In this document: piece by piece, positions 40,786 to 52,306 of the stretch
Layout of the letters: the number at the start of each line of letters is the position of its first letter
Position numbering within the stretch: the first letter of the stretch is position 1
Notes under the pieces: model-generated
Databases searched by the model: none
What the model saw: the letters and a program-made list of their open reading frames with translations, nothing else
Told to the model about the DNA's origin: nothing
Assembly: GCA_028023455.1 (NCBI GenBank)
Contig: JAQFVV010000010.1
Span: forward strand, 7,874,001 to 7,938,000
From: Epiperipatus broadwayi
Taxonomy: Eukaryota > Animalia > Onychophora
Reading direction: 5' to 3'
DNA: 64,000 nucleotides
Position numbers and translations under genes: made by a program

Positions 40786-41224
40786 CATCATCACCATTAT
40801 CAACCATTATCAATCCATTGCAGGATGAAGGTCTCTCCAAGTTCAATCCATCTTTTCCTATCTTTAGTTTCTCTTCTCCACACCACCCCTGCACACTTTC
40901 TTATTTCATCCATCCATTTCACATGTGGTCTCTTTCTGGGTCTTTTACAATCTATTGGAATCCAGTTTAAAATTCCAATTGTCCATCTATTATCATCTCT
41001 TCTGACAATATGTCCAGCCCAACTCCACTTCAGTCTTTTAATTTTTTCAATGAGGTCAGTAACACCTGTTTGTTCTCTTACCCATATATTGCATTTTCGA
41101 TCCCTTCTTGTTACTCCCAACATGCATCTCTCCATACTTCTTTGAGTGGTCTGAAGTCTCTGTATTGCTCTTCTATTAAGTGTCCAAGTCTCATATCCAT
41201 AAGTAAGAACTGGCAAAACACCTT
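40786..41224 (-). mobile_element. 5'-truncated RTE LINE with TSD
   Basis: ORF 40800-41216 (PVLTYGYETWTL..KWSWAGHIVRRDDNRWT..RPHVKWMD), (TGA)n tail, and 11-bp TSD TATTTGTAAAT at 40775-40785 and 41225-41235. Confidence 0.92.
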
Positions 41225-41615
41225 TATTTGTAAATAAAATGAATTATATTACTTATTTCAACCAACTAAATAGCAATTAATTGGAGTAATCACCTCATAT
41301 TAGAAATAATTTTTTTAAAAATTGACTAAATTAAACAATTATCAGATCAATAATAATATTAATAGCAACTGGTTTTGGTTTTTAGCTAATTGATTTTCAT
41401 TTGGAAGAAAATATTGTACTAATTTATTTTAATTCTTTAAATATTAGATAAACCATTAAGCATCACATGATCACATTTGCTATACTAGCACATTAATTGT
41501 TGATAAACAGAGCAAAACTCTCCATACAGTATTGCCATCTGTGCTAAACAGAGTAATCAATGGATGCCAGGAGGCTTGTGCATAAAATCCCTATCTAATG
41601 CCTACTCATCCAATA

Positions 41616-41657
41616 TCCCCAGACTAGTTTCTGGCTTGTGGCCTTCATCAGTGAGGA
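41616..41657 (-). ncRNA. Type I hammerhead (F1), intact core
   Basis: Reverse complement reads TCCTCA-CTGATGA-AGGC-CACAA-GCCA-GAAA-CTAGTC^-TGGGGA. Confidence 0.88.
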
Positions 41658-42011
41658 GCTTTGGATCTGAGAGCACTGCATCTAGATCTTAGGATCTAAT
41701 GCAACCCTCTAGCAACCACCTTTTATCTCTACTTAACTACAAAACTATGAGAATGAAATTGAAAACACCAATCCTGCCTAATAGGATAGTGGTGGCTATG
41801 GTTGTAAAAGAGCCAAAGACACCAAAATGTATGGGTGCTGAACTGAGTTCAGACCCATATGACTATATAAGCTATTGAGCTTAGATTGAAAATATTTTTT
41901 GTGTTTTCAATTTTATTCTTATAGTTTTGTAGTTAAGTAGAAATAAAAGGTGGTTGCTAGAGGGTTGCATTAGATCCTAAGATCTAGATGCAGTGCTCTC
42001 AGAACCAAAGC

Positions 42012-42053
42012 TCCTCACTGATGAAGGCCACAAGCCAGAAACTAGTCTGGGGA
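42012..42053 (+). ncRNA. Type I hammerhead (F1), intact core
   Basis: CTGATGA core; predicted cleavage after C42047. Confidence 0.9.
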
Positions 42054-42456
42054 TATTGGATGAGTAAGCATTAGATAGGGATTTTATGCACAAGCCTTCT
42101 GGCATCCATTGATTACTCTGTTTAGCACAGGTGGCAATACTATATGGAGAGTTTTTAACAATTAATGTGCTAGTATAGGAAATGTGATCATGTGATGCTT
42201 AATGGTTTAACACCAATCCTGCCTAATAGGATAGTGGTGGCTATGGTTGTAAAAGAGCCAAAGACACCAAAATGTATGGGTTCTGAACTGAGTTCAGACC
42301 CATATGACTATATAAGCTATTGAGCTTAGATTGAAAATATTTTTTGTGTTTTCAATTTCATTCTCATAGTTTTGTAGTTAAGTAGAGATAAAAGGTGGTT
42401 GCTAGAGGGTTGCATTAGATCCTAAGATCTAGATGCAGTGCTCTCAGATCCAAAGC

Positions 42457-42498
42457 TCCTCACTGACGAAGGCCACAAGCCAGAAACTAGTCTGGGGA
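42457..42498 (+). ncRNA. Type I hammerhead (F1), intact core
   Basis: CTGACGA core; predicted cleavage after C42492. Confidence 0.9.
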
Positions 42499-43665
42499 TA
42501 TTGGATGAGTAGGCATTAGATAGGGATTTTATGCACAAGCCTTCTGGCATCCACTGATTACTCTGTTTAGCACAGGTGGCAATACTGTATGGAGAGTTTT
42601 GCTCTGTTTAAATATTAGATATCTTTTAATATTCACTAAGTTGCTGATAGATAATTATCTTTCTCAATTTTACCAGATATGACCAATTTCAGTTCTGCAT
42701 ACACGAATGGGTTTTGAATATATGATATCTTCCAATCGAACCACATTTTATTCTAAGCTTTTTCTAACTGATACTTAAAATCATCCATAATAGCAAACCA
42801 TCTATAATTTACATGTTCAGCATATTAATATTTATTTTGAGATTTAAAGTTTGTATCTAACTTAATGATAATCCTACCTTAAAAAATGGTTAGTAATAAT
42901 CATTAAGGTATTTATCTGAAAGAATTGGTGACAAAATTGTGACTGCAAAAAGTTTGACATATATAAAATTAAAGTGTAATATATACACACACATACATTT
43001 ATAATGCAATTTAATTTTTGAAAGGTACAAAATAATTAACATATTTATGAATTTAAATTTATAATTTCCTAATTTTGTATTTTATTTAATATTTTTTTAA
43101 ACTGTAGGTTACTAAAACTGATAATGATAAATCCACATTCATGGAGATATTTCTGTATATTTAAAATATAACCTCATCTAGCATTAGAAACATTTAAGCA
43201 TATTTGGTAATATGAAAATAATTAGTGAACTGTATATTATTTCTTAATAAAACAATTATTCTTTTAATGGGCTCATTAAGAAATTTTAAATATCGCAAGA
43301 GTAGAATTGTGTAGAATATTGTCTAAGCTACCACTAATGATGATCAAGTATTTTGCTAAAATGTAATGTATTGCTTCCTTATAGTCTAATATTGGTCAAG
43401 AACTTAATACATCCAAAAGCTGTTGAATGGATCTAATTGCTTTATCAGTTTAGTAACTGTGATAATATTAGCCATTTTTTAAAGTAAAGATAAATGGGAA
43501 ATCTTCACTAGGCACACAAATTTTTTAAAAAAATATTAGTATCTCATATAAAACAAAACAATAACATAATTGATGAATAGTAATTTAAAGATGTCGTATT
43601 ATTTCATAGACATTATTCATTAATTATAAATATTTTTATTTTATTTTAACAACAATAACATACTA

Positions 43666-43893
<228 letters not shown>

Positions 43894-43949
43894 CTAGAAG
43901 TAAAAGATAAAAAATAAAAAAATTATATATGTATTGTAAATAAAAAAAA

Positions 43950-44250
43950 TGTCTGGAGCATGGTGGACTATGGGTGTGAAACATGGACATAAATATATGA
44001 AAGCAGTGAGAAATAAATGTGGAGTATAATGGAAAACTGGTAATGCTAAAAAGATTGCATGTAACTGAAACATTATGAAGTCTATAAATTAAAAAGGAAA
44101 TTATAGTTGAAGAAAGTTAAAAAAAATATTTTTAAGAGGAAGGATATGTGTATTTTAATTAAAGAGATAGGAAAACATAAAAAATAAGTTTTAAAGAATA
44201 TGTGAGGCTGTCAGAGGGCAGATGATTTATAAGTGATGATAAGAATGATT
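43950..44250 (+). mobile_element. Decayed RTE-like LINE 3' remnant, apparently a second subfamily
   Basis: gtctggagcatggtggactatgggtgtgaaacatggaca translates as VWSMVDYGCETWT, matching the RTE motif LLYGCETWT. Boundaries approximate. Confidence 0.55.
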
Positions 44251-45225
44251 GATGTGTAAAATAAAAATAAATCTAGTTAGATAAATTTGTATAATGTAAT
44301 GTTTTATTTGTCTGAAATTATCTTAAATGTATATATCAGACATACGATGAGATTAGAAAGAGAGAGGAAGCCATTCAATTTTTTTTGTAACTATTACAGC
44401 AATGGAAAATATCAAGTTCAGTGATCCAGTTAAGATTGTTTAATTTTTATTATTATATGTTTTTTATCATACAAAATGTGAATTAATTGTTATTATTATA
44501 TCTATATAAAGAAATGAATAGAAAATCTCTAGCGCCACCTGTAAGGAAAAATAGCAGCAGTCCCCATTACGTTATTCTATTACGAGGTTAACAATTTACA
44601 TATTACATTAGATATACATATCCTTGTTAATACTTGTCAATAAAATATAACTCATGCATTTGCTTAAAATTGAATTCAGTGAAAAAAATATATAAATACA
44701 TAATAATATATTCGAAATAAAAAGTAAAAATCAGTAAAATAAATTATCACAATAATTAAATAACATACAAAAATTTATGTTGATATCTATTACATATTTT
44801 GCATTCTGAAGAGTTTTTTTTAGATATACATTTTTAAGAATTTTCTACTTCTGAATAAAATTTTAACTTCTTCTTGAGACTTACATTTGTAAATAATTCA
44901 TACAAGACTAAATATGGACTATTACTTCTGAACTACCGTTATGCTACAATGGCATAGGGTTTGTAGACATAACTTCTTATTAGGAAATGGATTTAATTCA
45001 AGAATTGCTTTCATTAATATGTATGACAAAAAGGATTCAATGTGAGAAAATGTTATCAGAGCAGTCTTAATTAAGAAATAGGTATATTTTATATTCAATT
45101 GAACAGTTAAAATAAACGCTTAATTTTGTCCTTATTTTTATTAATATATAAATGCTTGATTTTATTATTTTTTATGAAAAAATAAAATGTGGTATATATA
45201 TTAAAATATTTATAAAGAAAAAGAT

Positions 45226-45417
45226 TAATTTAATAGATAGGGAAGGTCCACTATAACAGGAAAGATAAAATTATAACTCCTTTACAGATTTACAGCTTAG
45301 CACTGCTTTCAACCAGGCCGATCGGTCATATTCATAGCACTAAGATAGGTAAGTCTAAGAAGGAGTTAAATTTTATCATCTTTCCTGAATAGTCGACCTT
45401 ACCTATCTATTGAATTA
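45226..45417. repeat. Small fold-back MITE-like element with imperfect arms of about 60 bp
   Basis: aatagatagggaaggtccacta..caggaaagataaaattataactcct pairs with aggagttaaattttatcatctttcctgaatagtcgaccttacctatctatt. Confidence 0.75.
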
Positions 45418-45517
45418 TAGGAATAAGAAAAGAAATAAAAGATAGATTGAATTATAAAGATATTAAGAAAAAGCAGTGCTTCCATGCCACTGGTATATAT
45501 ATATAATCTCATATATA

Positions 45518-46459
45518 GAGCTTGCAAATAAGCTCTTAACAAACTTTGCAGAATATCCCCAATCCCAGACTGTTTTCTGCTACTGGCATTGTAGTGTTTT
45601 GTAAAAAATGGCAGACATGTTTGTGCACTCCAGAAAAAACTAGAATGTATTCGAGAGGTTGTTTTAGATCGCGCGCTGATAGCTGTGGAATTTAATTAAG
45701 GCATTGACGTAATGGCGATCGACTATTCCAAGAGATATTTGCTGATTGCAAATATTTCTGGATAAGAGACGATACCTTATTGGATGGTGTATTAATTGCT
45801 ACAGTTATCAGCAAGCAATAAAAGACGGTGTAACAACCACGCAAGAAAGGCAGTGTAATATAGAGAGTAGTAGAGAGCAGTCACGCAGTAGTTGAGTAGC
45901 AGTATTGGAGTAGACATCGGTTTAACACCAGCAGAGATATCTCGCGTTAGTGCTTGCGGTTAATGACCAGCGCCCAGTGGAAATGTAGTTCGTGGGTATA
46001 GCTGAAGGAGACCGCAGTGGAGATATGGAGAGCATTAGTGGCAGAGTAGAAGCATTCGTTGCAGAGCAGAGCATTAGTTGCAGAGTAGAGCATTCGTTGC
46101 AGAGCAGAGCATTAGTTGCAGAGTAGAAGCATTCGTTGCAGAGCAGAACATTAGTTGCAGAGTAGAAGCATTCGTTGCAGATCAGAGCATTAGTTGCAGA
46201 GTAGAAGCATTCGTTGCAGAGCAGAGCATTAGTTGCAGAGTAGAAGCATTCATTGCAGACTGATTCGTTGGAGAGCACTCGTTGGAAAAGAATAGCATGG
46301 GAATTGTATAATGTTATTTGCTGACCGCACAATATGACTTGCAGTTATAACATTGGCACAGTCGTAAGTGCAGATATAACAGGCATCCTCAGTGAGGTGC
46401 TAGGATATTCAAGCATTAGATTAAAAATATCAGCTTGTTAAGAGCTTATTTGCAAGCTC
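45518..46459. mobile_element. Non-autonomous DNA transposon with perfect TIRs (GAG...CTC ends) and an internal minisatellite
   Basis: Perfect 32-bp inverted match 45511-45542 / 46435-46466, including the TATA-like flanks. Interior is CpG-rich compared with the flanks. Confidence 0.85.
46031..46260. repeat. 39-bp minisatellite (20+19-bp subunits), about 6 copies
   Basis: (agcattagttgcagagtaga agcattcgttgcagagcag)n; the translated track shows the matching 13-aa period. Confidence 0.95.
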
Positions 46460-48114
46460 TATATATAACATTTATAATACAAGCTTACTAAATTAGGTCA
46501 TGTGACATCTGATTTGATTTTTTTTTTTTTTGTAATATAATGTCAATAAATGTTTGATACCAAAGTAACAAAAGATCATTTGCTAATTGTAAAAGATTTG
46601 AAAATATATCTTACTTTGTGTAAAATATGTATTTAATTTATATATATATATATTATTTGGTCAGAGATATCTAATATATAAATACATATACACAGTAAAC
46701 ATTGCTCGAATTACTTCACTAGGCAAAAAAAAGTGAAATAAAACAACAAATAAATAACATTTAATTTTACCAAAGCAATTTATTGATCAGAAAAAAAAAA
46801 AACAGAATCACGTCAAAGCAATGACCATCTCACCATAAAATATAGTGCCAAGTGAAAAAGATTTACTTGTGATAACATCCTGGGTAAAAAAAGATTACTT
46901 GAAATTAATATTGGCCAATATTTACATTGATTAGTTTTAGAGTGGTTATAAAGAAATTAATGTCATCTAATACAGATTGAATGAGAACTAACATTTTTGT
47001 AATGATAAAATATCATAGTTGTTTTTTGGTTTGAAACTTTAGAATATTAAACAGTTTCAAACTATTTGCAAGACTAATATAAAATAAAATATGCAATTGG
47101 AGCTAGAAATCAGTTACAAGAGTGTAAGAGAACAGACATCTGATGTACTGCTTACATAGATTGGATATGAGAACATTATTAAGTAATGTAGATAAAATTT
47201 GAACAAAAAAAATCATATATTTGCTTTGTTTAAATCAAAGATGCAGACTGCAAATTTACCAGTTTGAATACCTATATATTAAATAAGCATTAAGCCTCCA
47301 CCAGATGGCAATGACATCTCCCTGAACTCACAATAAAATTTGAATTCAGTTCATTAACTTTTCAAGTTAGATCATTCTGAAATTATTTCAAAATTTAAAT
47401 ATTTTAGTAATTTAAATTATCAGCCTACTGTTTCAACTTAACTCTATTAGGCCTGCAAACCTTTTTAAAATCTGTAAAAGAATGCTCTATGGCTTTCATA
47501 AATGATACTATGCTTTCATATAATAATAATAATAATCCCTTCTCTTATTCCAAGAGTGTTAAAATAGTCTACATTTGATAAATAAGTTTAAATAAAAACA
47601 AATAATTATAAAAAACATTGTCTTACTAAAATCATTTTTCATTTAAGTAGAACAGAAGTTACTAAACTTAAAGATTTGTGGTTATATATTTTTAAGAATA
47701 TGTAAAAAGCCTTAAGAAAATTTTAATTTTTAGTCTAATGCTAATTTATCACTGTATCTTTGCAGAAACTCATTTCTAATTCTAACATCATTGTTGGCAG
47801 CCATTTGCAAATGAGTATTATTGTTCCAATTCCAAAAAAAAAAAAAAGACAACACTAATATATTAGAATTGAATTTTGAAATAACTTTACAAACTTTTGA
47901 TTGAAGACATTTTTATACTCCCTAATTCTGGCACTAATCTATTTGATTGACTCACATAGTTTCTCGAATGCTATGAACATGAAATTTAGTATTCTAAAAG
48001 TACTTGGTCTTTAGGTTTATGGAAAAAATCAATTTTTTTGCTAGTGGAAAAGATAGTTTTAATATTGAAATTATATAGTTTTCTACTTGATATATCAATG
48101 ACTGTTTTAATATA

Positions 48115-49637
48115 CTACTGAACATCATATGATCATCATCTCTTATGTTAGCACATAACTGTTATTAAACAGGCAAAACTCTCCATACAATAGTGCCACC
48201 CTGTGCCAAACAGAGTAATCAATGGATGCCAGAATGTAAAATCCCCATCTAGTGCCTACTCATCTAATATCCCCAGACTAGTTTCTGGCTTGTGCCCTTC
48301 GTCACTGATGAGTCTTGGGTCTGAGAGCACTGCATCTAGATCTTAGGGTCTAATGCAACCCTACATTAGCCACCTTTTATCTCTATTTAACTACAAAACT
48401 ATGAGAATGAAATTGAAAACAATAATATTTTCAATCTAAGCTCAATAGCTTATATAGTCATATGGGTCTGAACTCAATTCAGCACCCATACATTTTGGTG
48501 TCTTTGGCTCTTTAACAACCATAGCCACCACTATCCTATTAGGCAGGATTGGTGTTAATCTACTAAACATCACATTATCACCATCTCTTATGCTAGCACA
48601 TAAGTGTTATTAAACAGGCAAAACTATCCATAGAGTAGTGCCACCCTGTGCCAACCCAAATAATCAAAGGATGGCAGAAGGTTTGTGCATAAAATCCCCA
48701 TCCAGTGCTTACTTATCCAATTTCCCCAGACTAGTTTCTGGCTAGTGGCCTTCATCAGTGAGGAGCCTTGGATCTAAGAGCACTGCACCTAGATCTTAGG
48801 ATCTAATGCAACCCTCCAACAGCCATCTTTTATCAACTATGAGAATGAAATTGAAAACACAATAATATTTTCAATCTAAGCTCAATAGCTTATAAGAACC
48901 AAAGACACCAAATATATATGGGTTCTGAACTGAGTTCATACCCATATGACTATATAAGCTATTGAGCTTAGATTGAAAATATTATTGTATTTTCAATTTC
49001 ATTCTCATGGTTTTGTAGTTAAGTAGAGATAAAAGGTTGCTGCTGGAGGATTGCATTAGATCCTAAAATCTAGGTGCAGTGCTCTCATAACCAAGGCTCC
49101 TCACTGACGAAATCCACAAGCCAGAAACTACTCTGGGGATATTAGATGAGTAGGCACTGGATGGGTATTTTATGCACAGGCCTTCTGGAATCCATTGATT
49201 ACTCTGGTTGGCACAGGGTGGCACTACTGTATGGAGAGTTTTGCCTGTTTAATAACAGTTATATGCTAGCATAAGAGATGGTGATCATGTGAGGTTTGGT
49301 AGTTTAACATCAATCTTGCCTAATTGGATAGTGGTGGCTATTGTTTTTAAAGAGCCAAAGACACCAAAATGTGTGGGTGCTGAACTGAGTTCAGACCCAT
49401 ATGACTATATAAGCTATTGAGCTTAGATTGAAAATATTTAGTGTTTTCAATTTCATTCTTATAGTTTTGTAGTTAAGTAGAGATAAAAGATGCTGCTGGA
49501 GGGTTGCATTACATCCTAAGATCTAGGTGTAGTGCTCTCAGATCCAAGGCTCCTCACTGATGAAGGCTACAAGCCAAAAATTAGTCTGGGGATATTGGAT
49601 GAGTAGACACTGGATGGGGATTTTTTGCACAAGTCTT
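48115..49637. mobile_element. F1 cluster: two tandem minus units plus two tandem plus units, head to head
   Basis: HHR positions 48270 and 48723 (minus) and 49098 and 49551 (plus), period 453 on both sides. Inversion junction at about 48894. No TSD found. Confidence 0.92.
48723..48764 (-). ncRNA. Type I hammerhead (F1), the only intact core in this cluster
   Basis: Reverse complement reads TCCTCA-CTGATGA-AGGC-CACTA-GCCA-GAAA-CTAGTC^-TGGGGA. Confidence 0.85.
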
Positions 49638-51000
49638 CAGGCATATAAAACAACTTTATAAGTAGGTGAGCTATCAATTCTATCATTTTTTTCCTTTTTA
49701 GTATCAGTCATAGTAAAGCTTTATATATAATAGAGTTAAATATTTTTGGTTAGTGCTGTTTCTTGAGGAAGATGATCTTTATCAGACAAACTATATGCTC
49801 TCATCAAAACATCTTTTTACCACAGTAAATATATAAATAGGATGATAATGAAAATTAAAATTGAGATATCTGTTTTTATTTTAATAAATGAATACTTATA
49901 AAGAGTCATAAGATTTTCTAGCAATTAAACTACCTAAAAAAGAAAATGTTCTGTTATTTTCAACTATATTAGGATGCCATTCATTAAAAAAAAAAGAATT
50001 CCAAGGCATTTACATATACCATGAAGCTATATAATAAAGGTATCATCCACATATCTGAGCCATATAGAAAGTCCCTTGATTATCAAAATTATTCATGAAG
50101 AAATCAGCAATTACAGATAATGGTTGAAAGCTCATAGAAAGTCCTTTAATTTGCTTATATTTTTGAAAATCATGAATAAAAAGTATATTTTCAAAGCAAT
50201 GTTTTCCATTGGAATAATAAAATGTGGTAAATTATTACATTAAACTATTATAGATAAAGCTTGTTCAACAAGAACACTGGTAAACATAGAGGAGATGTCA
50301 AAAGAACTAATAAATCACTTTTAGCTAGCTTTAAGTTTTTTAGTAATAGAAGTAAAATGAACTGAGTTTTGAATTCTGGATGGAATCTTATCTGCCAATG
50401 GTTGTAAGCATTGGGCTAAAAATTGAGCCCAAAAATGTGTGGGAAAACCTATAGCACTCACAATCTCAATTGTACCTCAGGTTTATGAATTTTAGATAAA
50501 CGATAAAATTTAGAGTATAATGAAAATAAAACATAACAGTTCTTCATTAAGACCTTAACAATGAGGATAAATGTTATTTCCTTGAAACATTGGAAATTAA
50601 TACAAAATAATACAAGATATAAACCAAATAAGATTTTACCCTCATCATGTAATTGTGAAAATATTGAATATAATGCTTACATATTTATACATATGCTTTT
50701 GTTTTAATAACATACCGATTTATAATAATTTTTCAAAAGTAATCATTTTTTTCTTTACATTTATAACTGAAACATTTTTCTAGAGATAGATAAGACATTA
50801 ATCATTGTTGGGACAATGAAGAAGACTTTATTCATCAGGTTCAGAAATTTCTAGGTATAAGAATTTGGATGATTTTTATCCGTTTTATATTCCAGGTAAG
50901 AATAACTAGATGCCAATTTATTGGTGAATATTAGATGGATTATTAGCTGTCTATAGAGTAACTGCTGGAAAGAAAAATCATAACCCTTATCAAAACCAGA

Positions 51001-51496
51001 TGACAGAAGGATATGATGCCACTGATCTATAAGACCTCTTCTTACATATATATTGTCACCTTACAGATGCTTCTGTAAATTGGCTATATTTAAAAACTGT
51101 AAAAATTTTATTGCTTTATTTTTTATAGTCAAGCAAATATATTCAGTGCTGCCATTGGTTGAATAGCATCTTATATAATCAAGATCAAGTTGAAAAGTAG
51201 TCAAAATAAGCATCATAGATCACATGACCCTATTCTCTTAAACTTGTAAGTTGACAGAAGGAAATGATGCTACTGATCTATAAGACCTCTTCTTACATAT
51301 ATATTGTAACCTTACAGATGCTTCTGTAAATTGGCTATATTTAAAAACTGTAAAAATTTTATTGCTTTATTTTTTATAGTCAAGCAAATATATTCATTGC
51401 TGCCATTGGTTGAATAGCATCTTATATAATCAAGTTGAAAAGTAGTCAAAATAAGCATCATAAATCACATGACCCTATTCTCTTAAACTTGTAAGT
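51001..51496. repeat. Tandem duplication, period 251 bp (flank plus the end of an F2 element)
   Basis: tgacagaagg...aacttgtaagtt starts at 51001 and again at 51252. Confidence 0.92.
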
Positions 51497-51708
51497 TATA
51501 AACAATGAGGATTGCCAATTCCTCAACAAGCTTTGTGATGAATCCTTGGCCAGAGAAAGCATTTAAAATATCTCTGTCAGGAACAGCCTCAACCCTTGAC
51601 CATGGTTTCATGCTTTGGCACTCCTCAGAGAGGTCACAGGGTAGGGTAGATCTAGTGTCTGAACCTACCCTGGCACCTCTCTGAGGAGTGCCAAAGCATG
51701 AAACTATG
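51441..51708. mobile_element. F2 insertion: minus arm (51441-51650) plus short forward arm (51651-51708)
   Basis: Matches the 562-920 and 6167-6784 copies. The forward arm stops inside the HHR, just before the cleavage site. Confidence 0.88.
51592..51634 (-). ncRNA. Type I hammerhead (F2), intact core, one helix I mismatch
   Basis: Reverse complement reads ACCTCT-CTGAGGA-GTGC-CAAA-GCAT-GAAA-CCATGGTC^-AAGGGT. Confidence 0.8.
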
Positions 51709-52306
51709 ATTTAATATAGAATAGAATTATAAATTTAATATCACAGCATTAAAATATTTTAAAGTAAAGGCATTATTTTTCAGATTACATTTTTATTTAG
51801 GTCTAGAACAAACAGTTCTTACATATTATATTTTGTGTGTGTGAAAGCTTATGTATTTAGATTTAGGAATAATTGATTTAGTTTGCCAGAATATTTATTA
51901 GTATATTATTTATTAAAAGGTTAATTTAAAATTAATTAAAATAAATATCTGGGAACTTTTAAAAAAGGTTTGTAATTTATTTTAAATAAATGTAATATTA
52001 TTTTTAAAGCCAGAAATAAAAATGACGTAATTGAGAAAGATTGAAATAATTATTATTTTCCTTATTTTTGAATGGTGTTCGTAAAGTTTTACTGCATTGA
52101 TTCAAAAACTTAGCATGTCCGCTTTCAAATTTTCCCAGAAAAGCCCAATGCATAATGAGAAATACATTGAAGCCAGACATCAGATGATCAACTGATATAA
52201 AAACTGAAGTTTGGAAAGTCCAGACTATCTTCACAATTTTTTTTTTTATATTCAGGATCTAAGCAGATTAAAACTTTTAAATAGCCATTCTGTTTATCAT
52301 CTACAT

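Larger units (their letters stand above)
41451..42606. mobile_element. F1 insertion: inverted partial unit plus two tandem forward units, three intact HHRs
   Basis: Minus arm 41451-41767; forward units start at 41766 and 42211 (period 445). Exact 15-bp TSD TTTAAATATTAGATA at 41436-41450 and 42607-42621. Confidence 0.95.

Noticed and set aside
46031-46260. CRISPR array
   Set aside because: Contiguous tandem units with no unique spacers, eukaryotic context, no cas genes.
45922-46332. 136-aa Cys-rich repeat protein, and the 61-aa ORF on the opposite strand
   Set aside because: Both are translations of the 39-bp minisatellite inside a TIR element; no independent coding evidence.
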